This document shows positions 56,792 through 64,000 of a stretch of DNA of 64,000 nt, in pieces. Position numbers and translations under genes: made by a program. The notes under the pieces are model-generated. The model saw only the letters and a program-made list of their open reading frames with translations, made no database searches and had not been told where the DNA came from. Every line of letters begins with the position of its first letter. Position 1 is the stretch's first letter. Source of the DNA: an uncultured Gammaproteobacteria bacterium (GTDB taxonomy: Bacteria > Pseudomonadota > Gammaproteobacteria > JACCXJ01); the NCBI GenBank assembly GCA_963764725.1, contig CAVXTM010000001.1, positions 384,001 to 448,000 on the forward strand, written 5' to 3'.

Positions 56792-58125
56792 TTGAACGCC
56801 GACGAGCGCAGTCAGCTCATCCGGGCTCGCCAGCAGCCAGCTACACGCCCGCCTGAACGACTTTGGGTGCGGGACCAGTGGCAGGAGTTCCCGGTAGTAC
56901 AGGTCCCGGTGGAAGCGCTCGCGCTCAACGTCGACAACCGACGATTTGCGGCTGAGCGCACATGGGCGGAAGAGAAGCTCGGGCGAGCACTCGATCCCGA
57001 GAACCGGCCCGAAGACGAGCGCGTCGTCGAACAGATTTTGCTCGACACCGCGCTCGACTTCGATGGTGATCGTCTCGTGGGTAAGCCGAGTAAGGATTAC
57101 GACGCCCTGAAGAAGGACTGGCAGCGACGGCATCAAGAATCGCCCCTGTGGATCCGCCCAGACGGAACTGTCCGGAACGGAAACCGACGGCTCGCGATGC
57201 TGAAGCGGCTGCAGCGCGAAGAAGGTATAGAGGGCTTCGAGTACGTGGACGTCGTGATTCTAAAGCCCGATGACATCGATGAGGTCGCGCTGTTCGACAT
57301 GGAGCAGCGCGAGCAGCTGACCGAGAACCTCAAGGTCCGATACACCGACATAAATCTGCTTCTTGCCATACGAGCGGCTGCAGAGTCACGGGGCATCGAC
57401 TGGTTCAACCCGGACGACATCGACCGCGTCGCGGGCGAACTCCAGCATGTCGTCGGGAACAACAAGGCCTACGCCGCTATCCAGCTCAGCGCCATCCGTT
57501 ACATGGATGCGTACCTGGATAGCTCCGATCAGGCTGGCCAATACCACAAACTCATCGGTCAGATTGAGCGCTTCCGTGACGTCGGTAAAGCAATGACCAA
57601 GCTTGAGGTCGACTACGAAGATGATGTCCCAGCCATGCTGCGAGTTCTGTTCGCGGCCATCCGTGCGGGTGCCCCGCACGGCGACATTCGCGTTCTGAAG
57701 AACTTATTCCTCCACGACCGCGCGAGATATAAACAGCTGCTCGCGCAAGTGGACGGAATCGAGGCGAGCTGGGAGCAGGCCGCCGGGCCGGACAGCCTCG
57801 CGGAGCCTGAAGTGGTCGACATCGCCCCTGCTGCAGACGAAGAAGAGGACGAAGACGAGCTAGCCGAGCCGCCGGGTCCGAACGTGCCCAACTACCCGCG
57901 TGACGATATCCGGGACGCCATCGACAACACGATCGATGGCTTCCAAGCGTCCATGACCGATGACGTCGCCAAGACGCTCCGCCAGATCCTCAACCGGTTA
58001 GAGGCCTCAGCGATGACGGCGGTAAGCTCGATCAAGCTCTCGGGGGTGAGCACGCTGTACGGGTCCGGGACGCTCTCGCTGCGATCGTCGCCTGGGCGGA
58101 TCGTCATCGCGACCTGCTCGGTTAG
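56792..58125 (+). CDS. ParB/Srx-like N-terminal domain protein (frameshift near 58005)
   Basis: LNVDNRRF, QESPLWIRPDGTVRNGNRRLAML ParB-fold motif; helical acidic C-terminus; RBS AAGGAG. Confidence 0.75.
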
Positions 58126-58127
58126 CG

Positions 58128-60095
58128 ATGGCCGGCGAACCTGCCGACGCGACTATCCGCATTAACGGCGAGTCGGTCCTAGTAACCGGTTCCGAGGCTC
58201 TACAGAGTCGCAACGCGCGTCTCTTCTTCCGCTCCGTTCTCGGCGCGGATGGCGAGGCCGGCGGCTGGCGTTGTCCGCGTCGCAACCGCTCCCTCGCTGC
58301 GCTGGTCGTTCGGGTCAACAATTTCCTGGAGAACCAAGGGTGGCGAGTCGAACGAGAAGGACTAGCCGACCGGGAAGTTGAGCGAGAGCTCGAACGTCGC
58401 CGCAGCTTCGAACGGACCCGCCGAACTGCCTCCGAGTGGAAAGAGGGAAGCCCGGTCATCGACCGCGAGGCGGTTCTCGCCGGGATCAATGATCTTGGGT
58501 GGTCACAATCGCGAACTCTGCGGCCACACCAGGTAGATGGCCTCTTGCACGCCCTCGTCGCGGGAAACGCAGCAAACTTTTCAGTACCGGGCTCGGGCAA
58601 GACCGCTACGGCACTCGCCGTCGCGGCCGCGCATCTAGTGGCCGGCACGATCGACACAGTTGTAGTCGTGGGACCCTTGGCCTGCTTCAGGCCGTGGGAA
58701 GACGAAGTGGCAGCGACGCTCGGTAGCGTGCTCCATACGAGGCGCATCCGTGGTCCGGCTCGCACGAGACGCCTGCAGTACGACTCAACTCAGCCTCGCG
58801 ATCTGCTACTCCTCAGCTACGCGACTGCAGCCGCAGACCTACTTGTACTAGTCGAACTCTGCAGGGGCCGCGATGTGATGCTCGTCGTCGACGAGTCGCA
58901 CCGCATCAAGAGATTCCGTGGTGGCCTGTGGGCACCAGCACTCATGCAGATCGCAGAACACGCACGGGTCCGGCTACTTCTTTCCGGAACACCGATGCCC
59001 CAGAGCGGCCGTGATCTGTATAGCCAGCTCAACGTCATCTGGCCCAACCGGCAGCTCACCGGTCCACCGGACACATTCGCCTCGCGGGTCGATTCTCAAT
59101 TCGAAGGCGTGCTGTGCGACATCCATCCGTTCGTTGTGCGGACGCCGAAAGAGAGCCTCGGACTACCGCCGTATGAGATCCATCGGCACGACATCGCCAT
59201 GAACGCGACACAGGCCGAGATCTACGAACTGATCGTCAACCACTTCCGACGCAGGCTTGAAGACGCCGACGCATGGGTCGACAAGTTGGACGCCCTGCGC
59301 CGTGCGCGGCCGATTCGGCTCCTGCAGGCTGCCACTAATCCGAACCTGTTCAACCGGTCCGACAGCTACTACCGCGTCCCCCGCATCGACCGCGCGAATC
59401 CGACCCTCATGGATCGGCTCGCCACGTACATGGAGCACGAAGTCCCGGCCAAGCATGAACTAGCTCTGGTGCTCGTCGCCGAAGCAACGGGGCGCGGCGA
59501 AAAGGTTGTCTGTTGGAGCAACTTCCTCATCAACCTCGATCAATTCGGCGATCTCGTCCGGAGACGCCTCGACATCCCGTGCCATCAGGTCGACGGGCGC
59601 GTGCCGACGGACGACGAGCCCGTTGATGACCAACCAGCCGCGTCGCGCAAGAACTCGGAGGAGATTGATACGCGCGAGAGAATCATTGCTCGCTTCCTCC
59701 GAACGCCCGGCCCAGGGGTGCTAATCGCCAATCCCGCATCGTGCTCGGAATCCATCTCGCTTCATACCACCTGTCATAACGCGGTTTACCTTGACCGAAC
59801 TTACGACTGCGCCCAGTTCCTGCAGTCGATCGACCGGATTCACCGCCTCGGCTTGCCAGCTGATGTCACTGTCCAGGTCCATATTCTCCGCGCCAGTCTC
59901 AATGGCGAGCCCGCAGTCGACCACCTCGTCGACGCCTCACTCCTGGCGAAGGAGGCGGTGATGCTTGAACTACTCGAGGGTGCCGTCCTGCAGCCCATTA
60001 GGCAGAGCGACGACCCTGTCGACGATGCTGAGGGCAATCGGCAGGATCTCGAAGCGCTGCTCCGGTATCTCCTCGGAGAGGAGGTGGGCAGCTGA
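58128..60095 (+). CDS. SNF2-family SF2 helicase/ATPase
   Basis: LRPHQ, NFSVPGSGKT, VVDESHRIK, SGTPMP, SESISLH, QSIDRIHRLG. Confidence 0.92.
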   Translation: MAGEPADATIRINGESVLVTGSEALQSRNARLFFRSVLGADGEAGGWRCPRRNRSLAALVVRVNNFLENQGWRVEREGLADREVERELERRRSFERTRRTASEWKEGSPVIDREAVLAGINDLGWSQSRTLRPHQVDGLLHALVAGNAANFSVPGSGKTATALAVAAAHLVAGTIDTVVVVGPLACFRPWEDEVAATLGSVLHTRRIRGPARTRRLQYDSTQPRDLLLLSYATAAADLLVLVELCRGRDVMLVVDESHRIKRFRGGLWAPALMQIAEHARVRLLLSGTPMPQSGRDLYSQLNVIWPNRQLTGPPDTFASRVDSQFEGVLCDIHPFVVRTPKESLGLPPYEIHRHDIAMNATQAEIYELIVNHFRRRLEDADAWVDKLDALRRARPIRLLQAATNPNLFNRSDSYYRVPRIDRANPTLMDRLATYMEHEVPAKHELALVLVAEATGRGEKVVCWSNFLINLDQFGDLVRRRLDIPCHQVDGRVPTDDEPVDDQPAASRKNSEEIDTRERIIARFLRTPGPGVLIANPASCSESISLHTTCHNAVYLDRTYDCAQFLQSIDRIHRLGLPADVTVQVHILRASLNGEPAVDHLVDASLLAKEAVMLELLEGAVLQPIRQSDDPVDDAEGNRQDLEALLRYLLGEEVGS

Positions 60096-60096
60096 C

Positions 60097-61066
60097 GTGC
60101 CTGTGCTCTCTTCCTGGTTCACGGCACCTCGAGTGCGTCGTCTGCACGAGGTGCTCGCGGCGATACCGGAACGGTCGCTAGCGCTCGCCGAGGGCGATGC
60201 GAAGCTGTGTATCTGGCGGCGTTGTGGTGGGCCGATCGATGAAGTCGGCGTGTTGGTCGAGGTTCTCGTCCATGCCGAACTTGTGCGCCGCGAGAAGGCA
60301 TCACTCCGGTTGACTGCCGCTGGGCGCCGGACACTCACGCGTAACCGCGTCGAGCAGAATCGGCCGCTCGCGCTCGCCCTCGTCCGAGCGGGACTGCTCC
60401 ATGACCAAGCGCGAGCATTGCTCGACTCCTTCCCTGTCGACCCTGACGGCAGCTTGACTTGTCGAACCAACGATGCGCGTCGTGTTGCTCCCCAGCTCGT
60501 TGGGCTTGTTCAGCTCTGGACCGAGGTCCGCACTGGCTCCACGTTGACCATCCCGCGTCCACTCGTTGACGAGCTCGCCGCCGTGTGGGCGCTCATTGCA
60601 CCGCCGTCAGAGGCACGGGCAGAGCAAGAGAAAAGACGCAAGTCGATCGGGAACCGCGCAGAGGCCTACAGCTACCAACTGGAGCGGCTCACAGCGGCAG
60701 CCGCGTCCGGGATCGTCTGGGTCGCGCAGGACGACGACACGCTTGGCTATGACCTGGAGGATCGCAGTACGTTGCCCCGTAGACGGATCGAAGTGAAGGG
60801 AAGTGGAGGAGAAGCTAGAGGCTCAGTTCTTCATGTCGGACAACGAATGGCGAAAGGCCCACGAGAACCCCGGAAGCTACGAGATCCACTTCTGGGGCGG
60901 GATAGACCTCAATCGACCCACCGCCGACGAATACTCCGTGCTGCGGTCGATGGGATATCCGATTGTGCTGCGAGACGTGCCAGCGCTCCTCGCCGCGGGA
61001 GAGCTCTTGGCGAAGCCAGATCGATGGCGCGTCGCGGCGGCTCGCAGCGCGGAGACGCCGCTATAG
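60097..61066 (+). CDS. DUF3883 (NOV-C)-like PD-(D/E)xK nuclease domain protein (frameshift near 60815)
   Basis: IGNRAE...WV..DDTLGYDL...IEVKGS then FFMSDNEW..A..Y.IHF. Confidence 0.8.
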
Positions 61067-61164
61067 CAGAGAGGGAAAGGCGCCAGGAGCGAGTATTTCG
61101 ATCGATGCCCAACAAAAAAATAAGCGACCCTGGCCCCTTCCGCGCACACCCCTCGCGCTCACCC

Positions 61165-61266
61165 GGCGCGACTCCTGTGCGCCGGGACTTGAATATGCCT
61201 GGAGGTGGTCAGGAAGTCACCTTCGATACCTTAATCCCGCCGGAAGCAATCAGGAGGGTCAGATGA
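61165..61266 (+). pseudogene. Possible orphan toxin C-terminal tip
   Basis: TPVRRDLNMPGGGQEVTFDTLIPPEAIRRVR*, coupled by ATGA to a small downstream ORF. Confidence 0.4.
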
Positions 61267-61589
61267 TGATGAACGACCTCCTCCAACTCCTTAATGGTGA
61301 AGTGGCTGAGTTCCCGAGTCGGGCTTCAGGCGAAGAGGGTTACGAATACATCAACAAAATTGCGGGACGTTATGTCACCTCGGAACGGCAGAAATTGGTT
61401 GCTGCACTCACGAGTTGGCTTCAACTGAGGTCGGAGCCCAAAACAATGATTGCGGTTGATGTCGCGAGTAAACTGCATTTGAACGAGTTACGTCCAGAGA
61501 TCGAGAAGCTTTTGGTCGATGTCGAGCAGGGAAAAGCATTCTTGCCGTTTTATGCTCGACCAATAAAAGCTGCGCTCGCGATGATTTAA
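61263..61589 (+). CDS. Small helical hypothetical protein, possible immunity protein
   Basis: RBS AGGAGGG, ATG overlapping the upstream stop, lower GC. Confidence 0.6.
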   Translation: MMMNDLLQLLNGEVAEFPSRASGEEGYEYINKIAGRYVTSERQKLVAALTSWLQLRSEPKTMIAVDVASKLHLNELRPEIEKLLVDVEQGKAFLPFYARPIKAALAMI

Positions 61590-61737
61590 TGTTGCAAGGG
61601 CTTAGAGACCGAAGGCAAAACGGTTCTCGGTCATTACCCTGAGCGAGCAACAAAGGGTCAAGGCTCGACATATAAACTGATATTCGTCTTGACCCGGTTC
61701 TGTGGACACTTCATGTTTACGGGGCGAGGTGTTCGCT

Positions 61738-61950
61738 ATGGCAAAGATGCAACCGAAGTACACGCTGGAGTTTCGGCGTCAGATGGTGGAATTGGTTCGT
61801 GTCGGTCGTAAATCAGCGAGCTGTCACAAGAGTTCGGCTGCTCGTCGTGGGCTATCCGGTACTGGGTCAAACAGGCCGATCGAGATGCGGGTGGGCAATG
61901 GCGATTTGACAACGGCGGAGCGCCAGGAGCTGACGCGTCGTCGAGAGCCG
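61738..61950 (+). mobile_element. IS3-family orfA remnant
   Basis: KYTLEFRRQMVELVR / ELSQEFG..AIRYWVKQAD / LTTAERQELTR across frameshifts. Confidence 0.8.
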
Positions 61951-62323
61951 GCCGCTTCAAATCGAACGGGGGAGGTTCACGTTAAAAAGCCCCTCGATTC
62001 GGTTTTGGACCCCGAGGCGCGGTTGAGCTGCAAAAGGCGCGGTAAAGACCAACGCGAGGATTAAGGCTCCAAAAAAATATTTTACACGATTGCGCATTAT
62101 TCCCTATCTTTGCGGTCTAACCCGATCGATACTTTATACAGTTGAGTATCACCGTATCGAGTAGCGAGCCCACAGCCCAACCCCATCGCGTAGCCCAGGC
62201 ATGTCCCGGAAAACGTAAAGCCCATTAGACCGGCGGTCGAGTCCCTTCCTTCCAACACCCGAGATCAAAGCCAACGCCAATGCTGTCGATAATGGGCAGC
62301 GCAACCATTTAAGTGGATCAAAC

Positions 62324-63010
62324 ATGAGGGGAACAGCCTTACCGCCGGGTTTATCCAGGAGCGATCGTAGCTCGATCCGCTCGCTAGGCGTTTCGACGCG
62401 CGGCCGGGAACGCAGGCTGCTGCTGGCAACCGCCGTCTGCCTCGGAATGATGCTGCCGGTCCAGGCTGACTACGAGGCCGGGGTGACGGCCTATTACCGC
62501 CAAGACTACGAAACGGCGTTCCGAGAGTTCAAAACGGTTGCGGCGGCCGGCGACGAAAACGCGCAATACAATGTCGGCCTCATGTATTTGAAGGGACAAG
62601 GCGTGCCCGAAAATCCCGAAGAAGCTTCGCGCTGGTTCCATCACGCCGCCATGCAAGGGCAGGTGGACGCGCAAAGCTTTCTCGGCGCTCTCTACGCTGA
62701 CGGTCAGGGCGTGCACCAAGATTACTCACTCGCCGCCTACTGGTTGACGCGGGCCGCCGATGCCGGCCATCCGGCTGCCCAAAGTTTTCTCGGACAACTC
62801 TACTTCGACGGTCTCGGTGTCGCGCGGGATTATGTTCAAGCTTACGTCTGGTTCAGCCTGGCGGAGGCGAGCGGCTACCCGGAGTCACAGGCCTGGCGCG
62901 AGAAAACCGAGACGCGCATGAGCGGCGCGCAACATGAGGAGGCAGCCCGGCGAGTCGAAGAGCGATTGCCGCATTGGGCGCAGCGGACTCAAGGGCTAGA
63001 GCAGCCGTAG
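62324..63010 (+). CDS. Sel1-repeat protein
   Basis: AQYNVGLMY..GQGV, AQSFLG..Y..G.GV..DY..A..W repeats; signal-like segment. Confidence 0.92.
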   Translation: MRGTALPPGLSRSDRSSIRSLGVSTRGRERRLLLATAVCLGMMLPVQADYEAGVTAYYRQDYETAFREFKTVAAAGDENAQYNVGLMYLKGQGVPENPEEASRWFHHAAMQGQVDAQSFLGALYADGQGVHQDYSLAAYWLTRAADAGHPAAQSFLGQLYFDGLGVARDYVQAYVWFSLAEASGYPESQAWREKTETRMSGAQHEEAARRVEERLPHWAQRTQGLEQP

Positions 63011-63029
63011 ATCCCGCGGCGGCGGGCGG

Positions 63030-64000
63030 TTAGCCGAGTTTGAAGCCGCTGCCACGTGCTCGACCGGATACCCAAAGCTGCATGAAGTCACTGACCGAAA
63101 GGCGCTGCAAGCCTTCGTCGTCTTCGAAGAGCGCGACGATTTCGTTGCTCTTAGCCGGTGTAAATACCTCGTGTAGATTACGCTTGAATTTGTCCTTTAG
63201 CAGCGGCAGCGCCTCAAGCCGGCGGCGCGGATGGCCGAGCGGAAACGCAACGGCGCTTTCGGCTTGGGCGCCGTCTTGGAAGTAAACTGTGACGCGGTTG
63301 CCCACGGCGCGTTGCTCCGGATCATAATAATCACGCGTATAACAGGGGTCTTCGATGACTTCCATCCGGGCGCGCAGCGGGTCGATGCGCGGATCGGCGG
63401 CAATCTGGTCCTCGAAGTGATGATAGTGCAACTCCCCAAATAAGAGACCGATCGCCGCCACATACTGCAGGCAGTGGTCGCGATCGGCGGGATTCGTGAG
63501 CCGCCCCCGCTTGTCGATGATGCGCAAGGCGGGGTTTTGGGTGGCGAGCACAATCTTGCCGATGTCCGCGAGCCGGTCTTTGACATCGGGATGCAGTCTA
63601 ATCGCGGCCTCGGCCGCGGTCTGCGCGTGGAACTCACAAGGATAGGCCACCTTGAACAGGATGTGCTCGACCACATAGGAGCTCAGCGCACGCGAGAGAT
63701 CCAAAGACTTTCCCCGCAACAACGCTGAGTGAAAGCCGTAGCGGGCAGCGCTCAAGGCATGCGGATAGCCCGGTTCGCCCGCGAGCGTCAGCAAGGCCAG
63801 GCGCACCCCGCGCGCCGTGGCATCGCCTGCGGCCCAGGATTTACGCGGGCCGGCATCCGGCGCATGACGGTAGGCGCGCAAGTTTCCCCCATCCAATAGC
63901 GCCTGCGACACGGCGTTTATCACCTCTGCCTTGCCTCCTCCGAGCAACGCGGTGGCGAGCGCCGCCGAGGCGATCCTAACCAGGATCACGTGATCGATGC
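63030..64000 (-). CDS. prpD: 2-methylcitrate dehydratase (5' end outside window)
   Basis: YRHAP..RKSWAAGDA, LFK..PCEFHAQTA, ADRDHCLQY, GHPRRR. Confidence 0.93.
   Translation of the reverse strand, partial: IDHVILVRIASAALATALLGGGKAEVINAVSQALLDGGNLRAYRHAPDAGPRKSWAAGDATARGVRLALLTLAGEPGYPHALSAARYGFHSALLRGKSLDLSRALSSYVVEHILFKVAYPCEFHAQTAAEAAIRLHPDVKDRLADIGKIVLATQNPALRIIDKRGRLTNPADRDHCLQYVAAIGLLFGELHYHHFEDQIAADPRIDPLRARMEVIEDPCYTRDYYDPEQRAVGNRVTVYFQDGAQAESAVAFPLGHPRRRLEALPLLKDKFKRNLHEVFTPAKSNEIVALFEDDEGLQRLSVSDFMQLWVSGRARGSGFKLG

Noticed and set aside
56792-58125. ParB-like gene as the partner of the parS site at 19806
   Set aside because: No adjacent parA, no evident Spo0J-type HTH, and it is embedded in the methylase/helicase operon.
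54740-61066. Assignment to BREX, DISARM or type III R-M
   Set aside because: No PglZ/BrxC, DUF1998/PLD or Res-type helicase-nuclease is recognisable.
59965-61266. 433-aa ORF as one protein
   Set aside because: It joins the DUF3883 N-terminal part, out-of-frame sequence after about 60815, and an unrelated downstream fragment.

Overview
Chromosomal window from a gammaproteobacterium-like genome (inferred from the mnmE-yidC-yidD-rnpA-rpmH / dnaA-dnaN-gyrB and comF-bio gene order). It spans the replication origin, with a DnaA box between dnaA and dnaN and a parS site where recF normally sits. Left of the origin: the end of a Mrp-type antiporter cluster, a general-stress/trehalose cluster with sigma54-type promoters, and decayed pieces (glgE-treS, an integron attC with cassettes, a serpin). 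Right of the bio operon lies a long accessory region with many broken genes and IS remnants. Two loci stand out. (1) An apparently split Rhs toxin: a secreted YD-repeat shell ending in PKD/Ig repeats, then a separately signal-peptided Rhs-core/toxin gene and an Imm27-like immunity gene. (2) A tightly coupled four-gene candidate defence operon: DUF1156-type adenine methyltransferase, ParB-like protein, SNF2 helicase and DUF3883-like nuclease, sitting between an IS91-type end and an orphan toxin-tip/immunity pair. Many accessory genes carry frameshifts, which may be real decay or assembly errors. No rRNA, tRNA or CRISPR array was recognised. Family calls come from motif recognition only; no database searches were run.
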